Notes: generated from the letters alone by a model not told the origin. DNA of 64,000 nt from Takakia lepidozioides (GCA_030704615.1 CM060732.1:63736001-63800000); one strand, 5' to 3'; positions 49,183 through 62,164 are shown, numbered from the stretch's first letter. Translations and numbers: made by a program.

Positions 49183-52100
49183 CATGGGTAAAAACAGTAA
49201 GAACAAAATCAGCAAACTCAGTCAGAGCTCTCTGAAGAATCCTGTACTCTGGAGCAATTAAGTGAGTCTCACCTTTTCTCTTTCTTTTCCCCCTTCCACT
49301 TCCCCTGTAACATGATCTCTTCAAGGTCAACTTGGCTTTCAAATTGTCAATCTTTGTAGGTGTGGCCACTCTAACAGAGTGTGCAACTTGCAGATTATCA
49401 CTCATTCAAATATGAAATGAAATGGAGATTTTCAATAACTCCAGGTTTGATTTGCATGTTAATATGTGATGCACCAGGAATTCGCTGCTGGATTTTGTCA
49501 AGTTCCCCCATCGGAAAGAGCTTTCCATGCATGTTATCAAGTCTCATTCCTTTCATTTCTGCTTCTATGCCACACTAAGAGGTTTCTTGGGACGGTGTTC
49601 GAACTGTTAGTAACATATTCTGATGGGTTTGTGCTTGTCAGAAGGTACTAATGAAATTGGATGAGTTGAATCAGCATGTGAAAGTTGCTGTGACTCAACC
49701 AGAGGACACTGCAAACCCTGTTGCTACCCAACCAGAAGAAATGGCAAACTCTGCTGAGCTTCAACCAGAGAAGACAAAAGACCCCTCCAAGCAACCAGAA
49801 CAAGAGACCCCACCAACAGTAGATATAAATGGAGAGTTTGGACCACCAGTTCTCGCTGGAAAACCCCCTCCCGTTCCTTCTCCAGTAGGATTGATCCTGA
49901 ATAAATCGCCTAATTCTAACCAAGTTATCAGTGTACTCCCCCAGGAATCAGATCTCAACAAACAACCCAGTCCTGATCGGGTCTCTAGTTTATCCTCCCC
50001 TACTACTGTCTCCAGCAAGCCTCCTTCAACTCCCACCTCAGTTCTCCCTGCCAACAGACAGAAATCTTCATTCTATGTCAATGGGGGATCGCTCCAATGT
50101 TCTGGCCTCCAGCAGAGCTTGTGATGGAGAGATTGTTGCAGCAAAAGGAATAAAAATTGCACTGAGTACACACCTCCATAGCCGAAACAAGGCAACATGA
50201 GGAGAGAGTGACCATGGGCTTCCTTCAATCGGACAAGAACAGAAAAGTTGAACTGAATCATGTGACTCGCAAAAAGCTTGAGTTCCAGCTCATTGGTCTG
50301 TTCCACTGCTTCTATTTCCTTCTTTATCTGTGGGGAGCAAAAAGTGGAGAAAAAGAGGTTACTTTCAGGTTGGAAGTTCTTTGTTGTTAGAATTAATAAG
50401 AGAATCATCCCTTCTTACCCAAACACATGAGGCCAATTTAACCTCCCCAATAGCCTCTGCATGCTGCTGCACATCATCCTCTATCTTCTTGAAGTATGCT
50501 GACCTGTCCCCCCCAATACAATAAAAGGAAATACACTAGCGTATGAACGTTTCAGAGAAGTAGAATAGAAATGGAATTACTGTTTGTTCTGGAACATGTC
50601 ATGTGAAGATTGAGTCTAATTATATAACCTCCACTATCCTCTCTTCCTTCCTTTCCACAAGAAATCTAGGAAAACATGCCTCACCAAGGCTTCGTGTTGC
50701 TTTTGGGCTGCTGTTGGCTTCTCTCTTTTGTCTTTTATTCTTTCTTGTTTCTTGCTTTCCTTTTGTCCCATAAGCTCTTTGAGATTTCTGCAGACGTTAT
50801 AAAGGTCCATTTTACTGCATTTCATTTCATGTTGCTCAAAAGCAAGTACCCTACAACTATTGACAACACAAGGTTCACCTGATTTATCTGGAAAAGAGAA
50901 ATGTCAGAACACAGGATCAACAGCAACATACTTCTTGGTGATTTCTGCCAGGTGCATCAGCCATGCCTTCGCCTGAATTAGTAACCGGCCAGGCCCAGCT
51001 TCATCTCCTGTCCGACCCAGGGCTGCTCCTTCCACTTTACTTTTGACAATCCTGTGCAGCTTCCTAATCTTCACTGACCGTTTCAACTTTACTGCTTTGT
51101 TGGTTCGTAAGGGTCCACTTCCCGGTGGGGGAGGGGGTGGGGGAGGAGGGGGAGGTGCACCCAGTTTCTTGGTACCAGGTATAATGATTGGCAACTCACT
51201 GCTCTTCATTGTTGTGGTTAAGGAATGGCTGCTGTTAGCTGCAGTTGTTGCAGGTTGACTGGAGTTTACTGCCAGGCTTACGGGCTGTTTGCTTGGAGCG
51301 GCAGGCCCACTAGCTTTAGAAGTTGAGAGATGGGCACCAAAAATATCCACAGGTTTGATTCCATTGGTAGCTGCAAAGAAGCCTGGGGCAAGTCCACCAG
51401 GTCCCATAAACAGCAGGGATCCCTGGGCCAGATCAGCATCAGTCTGAAAGGCATGTGGAAATGTCTGTCGCATCCACTTCTTCCTCCTCTCGTCATGTGC
51501 CCAATCTGTGCTAGGTAGAGAGGGCTACAGTAGCAGTGCCTGGAATCAACATAATGCCTCCTAAGAGATGTTGTGTACGCCACATAAAAGGTAAACTCCG
51601 TGAGTCCTCTATTGCATTTCTGGTCGGCAGTGCGTGGGGAGCCTCCTGGAGCTGTGGATGTTGCAGCCTTGAATTCGTATGAACTTGATAAATTGCGCCT
51701 TAGCCTGCAAACCTTATGGCAGGCATTCCATGTCTACAACTTGCCGGTGGCCATGATGATGAGTCTGAAAAACCCACCTCTGAGCTTGCCTATTTACCAG
51801 TACATATCTTGTAAAATAGTGTCAATCCAAATCACCAGTCCTCACTAATTATGTGATGACCGAGGGTGATTTCATTGGCGTGCTTACCAAGGTGGCCAGA
51901 GCAGATGCTACATCGGAGAGAGAGCGAGGAAAACTCAATGAGTGAGGGCATGAGAAGTCAGTTAGTGTATGAACAAACATGGAGCCAAGGGCAGCACCCT
52001 TGCAAAGAGTATGAGGCAGTACCTTCTTCCAGCGTCTCGGTTTGAAGTTGTGAGAAGCACTCAGGCCTTAACTCAAAGCCTGAAGATGGTACAAGCCTGT

Positions 52101-52226
52101 AAAACAGAATTTACATCGGAATTTATCTATTTATTTAAGAGAAGAGAAAAAAGAAAGTGGAACCTCGTTATTCTGCCTTCGTGGCTTTCTGCACGGTTAA
52201 CTTTTCCTTACCTATTTTTCAGGGCT
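49183..52226 (+). pseudogene. Rearranged partial duplicate of the CHUP1-like gene with an inverted core
   Basis: 49183-50148 matches 25148-26122 (direct). 50148-51462 matches ~26165-28071 inverted, with a deletion. 51463-52226 matches ~28112-28298 and ~28751-29513 (direct). Frameshifted. Confidence 0.92.
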
Positions 52227-53849
52227 TCATAAAAAGAAAAGGGCACCTTGTTACTAAGGGGTGGACTCTCGGGTTTGAACTCCTCACCATCTGGTGTAAG
52301 CTTATGGAATTCACTCACTGCCAACCGACTTTCCAAGTTCCGGAGCCCATTAGCTAAGTTTGTAGGAATGTCTTATATAGAAAAACAACACATGAGGGCT
52401 GGGCGTTCCTCCGCACTATTAAGATGACTTCTGAGAACAACGTCCACGTCGATGGGCTATATCCAAGTTTTATGAAAAGATGAGAATTTATTTCATTTGA
52501 TATTAATTTGACTTGTGTAATGACCGTGGCTCGTTTTTTATACAAGTGGTTAAAAAATCTGGATTACGAATGCTGTTTATATGATATCTTTTTCATCTTT
52601 ATTTTCAATTGGTTTAGATTTCAAAACGTTTGGATTTTTATTTAATGTCACGGTTTCATGAAGAAACTTTGTTGTTTTCTAGTTAATGCATATTTGTTCC
52701 AGCGTTCATCATGTATTTTGTCTTTAATTAAATCATTAAGAAAAAACATTCTTTCTGTATTATTTGAAGTGCATGCCCAAGTTGTTTTGATAAAAATCTT
52801 TGTCTTGATAAAATTTATTGATATTTGTTCTGCCACTTTCCAATTCCACTTATCTATCGAGCTGTGCAGAATTGGATGCCAACCTTAGGGCCGGGATATG
52901 TGGAAAGGAAGTTTCTGAGATTTGTAACTATGTCAGCCTGAATATTACAAAACATTCTGGTCTACTATGGGCACTTGGTTGGATGTGGTAGCCACTGGTC
53001 TTGAATCTTGGGCCATGCAGCTTTACTATATGTTTTAATTAAGGGACAACTAAAATTGTTAAGCCAGAGAGCTCTTGTAGTTCCCTGCATCATGAGAGGC
53101 CTTCACTACAGCCTCCCGCAAATCTGCCAGCCTGGATCACCAGCTCCAAGTGTCAGCACAGCATTGGTACAATATTCCATGTCCACAGCATTTTGTCAAA
53201 CAGTTTCACTACTTGCTAGAGTTCAACCCTCCAGGCAGGTGCTCTTGCCTGCTCATGGCTAACTTACTTAGACTTGATATGGATTGCCGGCGGGTATGAT
53301 CTGGACTAGAAATTTTTCCCCAGAGATTGTTTGAACACATCCTCACTTTATCTGTACCCTTATCATATTTATTGTCCCCCCCACCCCGTTGCAATATTGT
53401 TGTGCATATATATATTCCACAAGATTTTAAGGCTTGTTTCTTACTGGAGTGAAGTCCAACTGCACAAAAAACGTTTGCTATAATCACTTAGCAAACAGCA
53501 GGAATGGTCTTGTGTATGAGACATCCTGCAAAGTCTTGCCAAGAGAAGATTAAAGACAAATTGCACTCTGGCGGCCCCTAATTGGAGATGGAAGTGTTGA
53601 ATGACTTCAACAAACTTAATGAATTGGTTGCAAAATCTTGCCAGTCTGTGGTACTGAGAAGTAGCCTGCTTTTGCATGTGGGTGACCAAATTCTTGGAGC
53701 TTGATACTCTCTTTTTCAATATCTCTCCCCTTCCCAGATGCTAACTTGTGTAATGCTTGAGTTGAACTGAAGATGTCCAGAAACAATGACATTGTTGAGG
53801 GATACATTACTGGCATACATGCATGTAGACAGATGGAAACAAAAGTGAG

Positions 53850-55412
53850 CAGACTGATGTATGTAACCTTGTCAGCCATCACTCAGTCCCTTTGCATTTG
53901 CTCATAGATTTTGAGGGCCTCTTCACTATGACCACACTCTCATATCATGTGGCCATTGCACTCCATGACACCACTATCATGATTATCCATTTTGTCAAAC
54001 ACTTAACGTGCTTCTTTCACACTCCCACATTTAGCATACATATGGACTAGGGTAGTCTCCAAATTAATATATGACATAATCCCAGCTTCCTTGATGTCAG
54101 CATGGATCTGCTTCTCTGTTTCTAGTGCTCTAAGCTAGCACAGGCATCGAGAATGGTAATATACGTGACTCTGTCAGGTATCACCCCTTCCTGTTCCATT
54201 TGCTCATAGATTTTGAGAGCCTCTTCGCCATGTCCAAGCTGAGCATACCCTGTGATCACGACACTCCATGAGCCCACATCGTGCTTACACATTCTGTCAA
54301 ACACTTCACGCGCATCCTTCACACTCCCGCAACTGGCATACATGTGGACAAGAGCGGTGTCAAAATATTTTCTGACTGAATTCCAGTTTTGATGATATCA
54401 GCAGGATTCCCCTGCCACTTTCCAGGGCTCAAATCACTTGCACTCTGTAACTAGGCTACTCGGTCACCACAGATTTGAGCTTACACACAGTGGGAGAACA
54501 CAAACCTATGCTTCTTCTTGACACGGATGGTGCCCCATCACACCCAACATCATCCACATGCCCTGCAATATCACAATGATAGCCGCAAAGAAGGAAGATA
54601 AATGTCAATCCAAATTGCCATATTGGCTAGAAATTGTATGCAAAAAAACAATTTAGATGAGTCTCTCTTGTGATGCATGCAATTTCAAGAAGATGCCATT
54701 TGCAGTTGGCATGCAAGTGTCCACGAGAGGATTTAGGGTAGGAGTTGCACCTGCATACTCCTGGAGGAAATCCATTGTGGATGGTGACAAAGCAGCGTTC
54801 AGATTCCACCATGCACGGTAAAAAAGGTCCACCATGCAGCCATAATGTTCCACAGTAGCATTGAGCCCATGATCTCGACTCATGGGATCAAAATAGTGTT
54901 GGCCTAGACCCCCCTGATTACATGCCAATAGAAGACATACAAAGGTGATACCATTCACCTTTTCTGTTGCATGTGTTCAAATACACGAAGAGCCTCCCTA
55001 CCATACCCATGCTGGATATCCGTGTCAATATCCTAGCTTTGATGATGGCACCATGGATCTATATGCCCTTTTCCAGGGCGGCAAGATGCGCGCACATATT
55101 GAGAATGCAAATCAACACAACTTTGTTGGGCTTGACACATTCCCTCATCATTTGCTCACATATGTCTATAGCCTCTTTATTATACCCATGCTGAGCATAT
55201 CCTGTTAACATTGCACTCCATGAGATAGCATCTTGTTGAGCCATATTGTCAAACACTTGACGCGAATCCTTTAGGCTGCCACACTTTGCATTCATGTCCA
55301 CAAGGGCATTCTCGAGAATGAAATCTGGTATAATCCCAGTTTTGATGATGTCAGCATGTACCTTTTTGCCCTTTTCCATGTTGGAAAACAGCTCATAATC
55401 TGCATCTTGACT
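53850..55412 (-). pseudogene. PLS-class PPR pseudogene fragments
   Basis: ENALVDMNAKCGSLKDSRQVFDNM, HYFDPMSRDHG..ATVEHYGCMVDL and MYASCGSVKDAREVFDRM, with stops and frameshifts. Cut at its 5' side by an LTR. Confidence 0.85.
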
Positions 55413-55695
55413 TGTAGATAAAGTTAGAGACATTAAAACTAACTCTCTATTTAGAGAGGCTTTTGTCTCTTAAGGTTAAAGCTAGTCCATTTGGGACTAC
55501 TTAACGTATGTAATGAAAGTAGGTATAAAAGGCAAGTCTTAGTGATTGCTTTTAGCCTAGCTAGAACTATATAAGAAGCTCGGGGGTGAAGCCACATATC
55601 AATTGTTCATGTTGTGTGTTTCTATGGTTGGTGAAGAGCTTCTATACAATCCTCATTTGTTGTTCTATCTACGTTTTTCAATATGGTATCAGAAC
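55413..55695 (+). mobile_element. 5' LTR (~268 bp, TG...CA) with a tRNA-iMet-type primer-binding site, from a truncated LTR retrotransposon
   Basis: TGTAGAT at 55413, TATATAA at ~55568, ...TTTTCA at 55680, then TGGTATCAGAAC at 55684-55695. Confidence 0.7.
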
Positions 55696-57546
55696 CTAGT
55701 TGCTAGAAGGTGGCTGCAGTTTCATGCTAGATAGAGGAGGTGCCAGCGAGGACGTGATCAAAGTGAGCTCCTAGTCAAAGCAATTCGGTCCACGACCAGT
55801 GATCAGTAAAAGTCTGTGAGTTTGCTGATTGTCAAGATCCTCCTGTCAGCAGGCCTATGATGACCTTGCTGCTACTGATGTAGCCCCTCTTCTCAACATT
55901 TTTTGTGCTGATCGGTACCCATTGGCCTTGGATTCACATGGCGTATTGGCTGCTTGGGGCTGGTCTAGCCTTCTTGATGATCCTGGTTGATTTATTCGTG
56001 TGTTAGTATGCACTACAACATATTGCGGCTTTTATGACTCCCATGGGTGCGCTGTCACGACAAATTTGTGGTAGAAATGCCATTTGCAGTTGTAAATGCC
56101 TTTTGAAGTCATAACATAGATCACGACGAAGCCGTTTTATGCGACTGTATGACTCCGAACTTTGCGCAACACAGGTCAAACACCCTTTGACCAGGAATAT
56201 TGCCATGGCGGATATGACTACCAGTCAGGGTCATGCCCATACTAGAATGACGTGTGCATATTGCTAGACGGACATATGACTTCATGACTGCCACTCTAAT
56301 GCATTCTGCCAGATCATCACATGCCGTCATGACATGGAGAGTCTGTGACATTGAACAACTTATGAGGTGTCTACATATGATTGGTTAAGTGGTTTTGATA
56401 TTGTGGTGCGGGGGATGCAAGTGAAGGGAATGGTTGCACACGAAGCAGATTAGTAGGCCGTTTGCGCTTTGTGGAGAAGAATGGAACGTGAAGCCAACAT
56501 GCTAGAGAGGCGATCTGGAACCGCATCTGTTTGTGACGTTACGTTCAAATGGCGACGTGCATTTTAGTGTTTGTTGATCGCGGACAACATCAAAAGCAAG
56601 CCTCATACTACGGAATGACAGACGAACAAATGAACACTCTAACATATCGCCTTGTGCATGTCGTCCGGGTAGCAAGCCGTCCTGGAGATCGACGTCGTGT
56701 GGTACTGGAATAGAAGCTTGGCAATACGGTCTGTTCTGATCCACCCACTTTGCCATGGGGGGGTGTTCTAAGAATGGGAGAGCCCATGAATTCAGCTTCT
56801 TGTATGATAAAACAACTGAGATAACAGCTCATGTTGTTCTCTCTAATGTACATATCCCCAATGACCTGCCCCAAGCTAGAACAGCAGCAGGATGACATCA
56901 GGGAATAATGATGTGGTGCAAGGCATGGAACACCTGCAGGGCACCAGCATTGTAGTGCTAAATGTACTACACCCTGCTTGAGCCATTCACAGATGGGGGA
57001 CTCTACAAGTGAGTCACATGGTGTTAGCTGGGGCATGAGAGAAACTGCCCATAAAATGCATCTGCGCAAAGAACCCATTCAACCAGCCAGAGCATCATCT
57101 ATGCGGATTGCCGGATTCTTTTGGGAAAAATGCAAACATGATAAGTAGGGACCAAGCTTAAAAGCACCACTGGTATTCAATGGTCCATAACACGAGCCTG
57201 CCCAATATAAGACCCACAAAATCACTGGGGCAATTATGTAATGTAAACTGGAAGGCACATGCACTTTGTCAACAATGTACCCAAAGGCAGAACTGATGTG
57301 TAAATCTGCATGTCGTTCCAAAGTCTATAGTGACATAAATGTCATGTCACGTTGCCAGACAGACACACCATGTAAGTTGGACACCTCCAACACCTGCAAA
57401 AAGGACACCCCCCAACCCTTAGTGCCAGTCTTATGAATCCCACATTATTCATGAATCAACCGGGATTACATATTGAATTTTGCCCCTTCATATACTTGAG
57501 ATAGAGAAAGGCAGTTGGGGGGGGAAGTCGTACCTCATTCTAGGTA

Positions 57547-57780
57547 CTAGTACACATCCACATCAACCAACTCCTCATCACTGGACTCTGAATCTCCATC
57601 GCAACTGTCCTCCGTGGGACATGGATGTGCTTCCTCAGATCGCATGTCTCTGTAAAGTGAAGCAACCTCTTCAGGTGTTGTCGCGCGACTTTTACTCACC
57701 CATCCCTTCGCTATCCGAGGCGGGAACTCCAAGATAGAAGAGTTGGAAATCTCTAAGCACTCAGCCCGCTCAGAACAATC
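57547..57780 (-). mobile_element. C-terminal tail of a second CACTA TnpD, interrupted by an LTR
   Basis: SRATTPEEVASLY plus an acidic tail parallels SRAVPVTPEQVASLY plus an acidic tail at the end of ORF 44106-44987. Confidence 0.55.
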
Positions 57781-58356
57781 AGTCATGACCTACAACTAGT
57801 GTATCATGGGGGTGTTTCCTATTTATTTTCCTTCCCGCATTCATGTTAGCTAGTTACCTTACTGTTGGTATTTAAGTATTAGTTTGCTTCAGCAATCTAT
57901 CGGATTCCATCAACTCATCCATTCATTCCACAGCTTCACTCAGATCTCTCTACACAGTGTGAGTATGAAGTATGTATCAGATTAATATCTATCAAGTATC
58001 AGGCTGAAGCCATGGTATCTCTATTCTGCTCTACATTACAACTCTACTTCTTGCATTCAGCAAGTATCAACAGATCGTTCTCCTCCTACTCCATGCTCTC
58101 CCCCTATCTGCTCAGAGATGTGCTCTCTGCTTCATTTCCAAGTTCTGATTTCCCCCGAAGTCATCCCCAACTCCTTCCCGAAGTGATTCCCCAAGAAGTG
58201 ATCCTTTTCCAGTCCTCGCTCCTGGCTTTCTCTTCCTACCTGTTGTTTTAACCGTTTCCCTCACTAACCGTCATCCGTGAACTAACATGTTCCATTCGCA
58301 GATATTGTTCCCACAGTCGTTCCCTGTCCTGCTATCCGTTCCCTATGGTCGTGACA
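57781..58356. mobile_element. LTR-like segment (576 bp)
   Basis: Near-inverted termini AGTCATGACC...GGTCGTGACA (8/10), internal TATTTAAG and CT-rich tract. No TSD seen. Confidence 0.5.
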
Positions 58357-58362
58357 GCTATG

Positions 58363-58634
58363 TCAAGCTGTGACTGGCTGTGTGAAACTATGACGGGCTG
58401 TGACTAGCTGTGCGACTGTGTTGGGCTGTGACGGGCTGTGTCGGGCTGTGATTGGCTGTGCGACTGTGTTGGGCTGTGTCGGGCTGTGTCGGGCTGTGAC
58501 TGGCTGTGTGGCTGTGACGGGCTGTGTTTGGCTGTGATTGGCTGTGACGATTGTGTCTGGCTGTGACGGGCTGTGTTGGACTGTGATGGGCTGTGTCGGA
58601 CTGTGATGGGCTGTGTTGGCTGTGACGGGCTGTG
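58363..58634. repeat. Degenerate 10-bp tandem array (GGCTGTGNNN)n
   Basis: Units such as GGCTGTGACG, GGCTGTGTCG and GGCTGTGATT repeat over ~270 bp inside the presumed 3' LTR. Confidence 0.9.
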
Positions 58635-58639
58635 TACCC

Positions 58640-58792
58640 CCCCCCCCAAAATGCGCTGCTGTCACCCCTAAGGCTCATGTTGGTCTCAGTCTGTGCAAAA
58701 ATTAAGGGTACCCCACAGATCCCGTAAAAGTGCCTAAGTCCCAGACAGTCCTCTAACATTACCCCTTCCCCTCTCAAAAAGTCGTGTCCTCA
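58640..58792 (-). mobile_element. Polypurine tract and start of the 3' LTR of a gypsy element
   Basis: Minus strand reads GAGGACACGACTTTTT-GAGAGGGGAAGGGGTAA-TGTTAGAGG. The LTR begins at 58758. Confidence 0.75.
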
Positions 58793-58796
58793 CGGT

Positions 58797-60729
58797 TTAC
58801 TGTTTGGGATTTGTAACCCTTTGTGAGCGAGCACCCTTCTGACGGTTAGAGTCTCGTGAAGGACTCCGTGTACGAGCCCGTGTCCTGTCACTGGTTGAGG
58901 GAGATGATTGAACACTACCTGGATATATCAGTCCCTCTGGAGGCTGATATCGAGGTAATCTTTCAGGCATAGGAGACCCCCGTCGCTTCTTCTCTGCCAT
59001 CTGAATTGCATAGTCCTCTGCCATGTCAAAAGAGTCCGCTGAAGAAACAGTTGTATCAGAATCCTCGTCCCCCCTGAGATGTTTTAACTGTCGAACTCTA
59101 ATTGGAATTCTCTGGGGCATACAATGTTATCCCACCATGTCTGGAAGTTTAAACTGTAAAACTTGTTGTAAGCGCTGAATTGCAAAATTGGTGAAGACCC
59201 TGAGCTCCTTGTCTGTCCAGGTGAGTGGGGTACCAATGACTTGTGAATTGTGCAAATATTTCCATGCCTCATGTCCCTTAAAGAAAATATCGTCAGGCCC
59301 GAATTTCTGTGTTGACAAATTGTTCCAGGCCGCATGAAACCATGAACGAATCTGAGAATCCTTTTGCATCATAACTTTTGCCTCATATAGGTACATATGA
59401 GGTGGCACTGAAGGTAAGACCCAATGATCCCCACTGGAATAACTCAGAAAGCGCGTTTGCATCTTCTGCTGCTCAATGTGATAACGTACCAGAAAACAAG
59501 CAGCGTAGTGTAACCCGCAGCCCATGACAATACTTGCTACCTCTTTGGTCTTGGTATAAATGAATCCATGTACAACTTGGAAGGCAATTAATTCCTTCAA
59601 CATGGTACTTGCCTCATGCCAGTACTGCGCAAAGTGATGATCCTCAATTGGTCGATTGTTCGGAAGAACTTTAGTCCTAGTTGCCACTGGCAGCCAATTG
59701 CGCATGATTTGATAGTAATGTGCCAACGACTGCGGAGGACTAAATTCCTTCCAAGCCAAATCCAACACAATGGGAATTTGGTTGAAGGGCATAATCATAG
59801 CCCGACTGTACTCCGTGCAGCTGGAGTTTTGGGTGGGTTAAAAGCAGCATTCCCCCATACCAGGCTGTGGTGGCTGTGGTGTGGCTGTAGTAACAACAGG
59901 GTCAGCTACTGTTACAGTGACTTGTGGTGGATTTGGTGGCATTGGCTCTTGTACCATTGGCATCTCCTGCACCCCCTGCGAAGAAGATTGAAAAGCCAAA
60001 GTTCTGGCTTGTAAATAAGAAGCCATCAGTTGTTCCTCAGGTACAAAGACTCTCTTGTCGATATTTGAAGTGAGGTCCTCCACCTGAGTCTGCAGGCCGT
60101 CTACATCCTCCTGTAACTCCGCTATCCTACTATAGACATTGTCTATAGTAATTGTGGCAATGTTCTGCACTTGCAGTCTGAGCTCATTCATCTCGCTTTG
60201 GGTGAGCTTTCGTGGTGCTTTGCCCTCCACCGGCCCTTGTGCTAACTTGACCTGCATAAGGTGGTTATCCACCAAGTTGCTTGTGGCACCCCTGAGAGTC
60301 TGCTCCTCTGTGAGCCTGTACACATCTATCTGCTGCTGTAAAGCCTCCATGCGCTTCGCATGAGGTTCAACCAAACTCGCATAGGCAGCAGCCAGATTAT
60401 TGGCTTCCTTCCAAGCCTTGTTAGCCACAGAGAGTTTCATTTCTATTTACCATGAGCGTTTGTTGCAACTCCAGGATGTACCTCTCTTGGTCAGCTTCAA
60501 CCTGCCTGTATTGCTTGAAAGTATTCTCATTGCGATAGATTGTATTCTTCATATCGACAATGAGTTTCGTTTGCTCGACATTCTCTGCCTCTGCCTTCGT
60601 ACATCTTTCCGCTTGACTGTTTATTTCTATTGTAGCTTGGTCAAGCATAGTTGTGAGTATAGCACATTGTATGGCCATCCTGTCATGCACTATCTGCAAC
60701 TCCGTATGTAGTGCATTCACTTCTTGCAA
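58797..60729 (-). pseudogene. Accessory ORF3-position gene of an LTR element (coiled coil, globular domain, basic RS-rich tail), frameshifted
   Basis: Four consecutive same-strand ORFs (60421-60729, 59838-60440, 59127-59798, 58797-59120) end just before the PPT. Confidence 0.6.
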
Positions 60730-60734
60730 CTTGC

Positions 60735-61701
60735 TTTCCTGATAGGTCGTCTCAAGATAGGCGCCGAGGTCAACCTTGCCTTGAGCTCTTGAAAAGCTCG
60801 TTCCTGCTCATCTTCCCACTGCCACTCCTGGTCCACCTTGGTCAGCTTGGTTAGAGCCTTTGCAATGGTACTAAATCCCTTGACAAACCGTCTATAATAG
60901 TTTGCCAACCCCATGAAAGCTCGAACTCGGCTCACATCCGTGGGGGGTGGAATTTGTGCAATGGCCTCTACCTTAGTTTGCTGTACCCCCAATCCTCCAG
61001 GATATATCATGTGACCCAGATACTCAATCTGGTTGTGGAAAAACTTTCACTTCCCCGGATGCAACTTCAATCCGTGCGCTCTCAAGCGCTCCAATACCAC
61101 CTGAAGGTGTCTCTCATGCTCCTCCATCGTAACACTAAAGATGATGATGTCATCTATGTAGCACCGAGCAAAGTCCACCCCTGCTAGAATCCTATCCATG
61201 ACTCTCTGAAACTCTGCAGGAGCATTCTTAAGCCCAAATGGTCAGAACCGCCACTGGTATAGGCAATCCTTGCCGTGCTCATTGATCCCCCAGAATGTCC
61301 GTCTTCTGCTTGTCCGCCTCCTTGATTGGCAACTGGTGATATCCGGATCGTAAATCCAAAGTGCTAAAGGCCTTAGCATGCCCGATGGCATCAAAGATCT
61401 CCTCTGGTGTTGGCATGGCATACTTATCGGACTTGGTCTGACGATTTACAGGCCAGTAATCACCGCACATACGTCTCTCCGTCCAATTGCCATAGACATC
61501 CTTCTTGGCTGGCATCACTGTGGCTGAAACATACTCTCCACCAGAGAGCTCTACCAAACCTGCCTCCCAGAGATCTTGAGTCATCATCTGAATCAAAGAC
61601 CTCTCCATGTCACTGTATCTATAGGGTCTCCGAAAGATTGGCGTGTCAGTGGCCAACTCAATACGGATCTCTTGACCCTTTAGTGCTCCCAAGTCCTTCA
61701 A
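60735..61701 (-). mobile_element. Ty3/gypsy reverse transcriptase and connection region, truncated before RNase H and integrase
   Basis: RMCGDYWPVN, LDLRSGYHQ, PFGLKNAPAEFQ, YIDD (61149-61160), FMGLANYYRRFV and LTSAPIL. One stop and frameshifts. Confidence 0.95.
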
Positions 61702-62164
61702 ACTGAAGGCAAAGCAATTCCTGTAAGCCCTCAGGAACCGCCGTATACGTTGTCTCTCTCCTCCGGTGACAATGGGTCCAATGTCAGGCTCCCAATTGTC
61801 CTCCGTAAGTACAACCTTAAGTCCAGTGGGCTTAGAGGTAGATGACGCGTCTCGTGGTTGCTATGCTGCAACCTCTTGAGCAGTACTCCCCTGCCTGCTC
61901 AGTCAATGACAAGACCTCATCCTGCCCCATCATCTCATCATTGAGGACCTCCTCAACCCGAGAAGAATCCCCAACCTCATCTATCACAGCCGCCTTGGCT
62001 GCCAACTCCCTCTAACCTCGAGCACCTCCCACGTGTGCCATGGATGCATGCACCCCGTGGTCCTCACATGCTCGCCCCCACTCACTGCCTGTACCGTCTC
62101 GGTAGGCAGAGAGACCATTGAGGGAAGTGTACTCCGCACTCTGCGTTGCTCAGCTAGAGCCAAG

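Noticed and set aside
58363-58777. Repetitive HSPTQP/TARHS ORFs
   Set aside because: Products of the 10-bp tandem array in the LTR.
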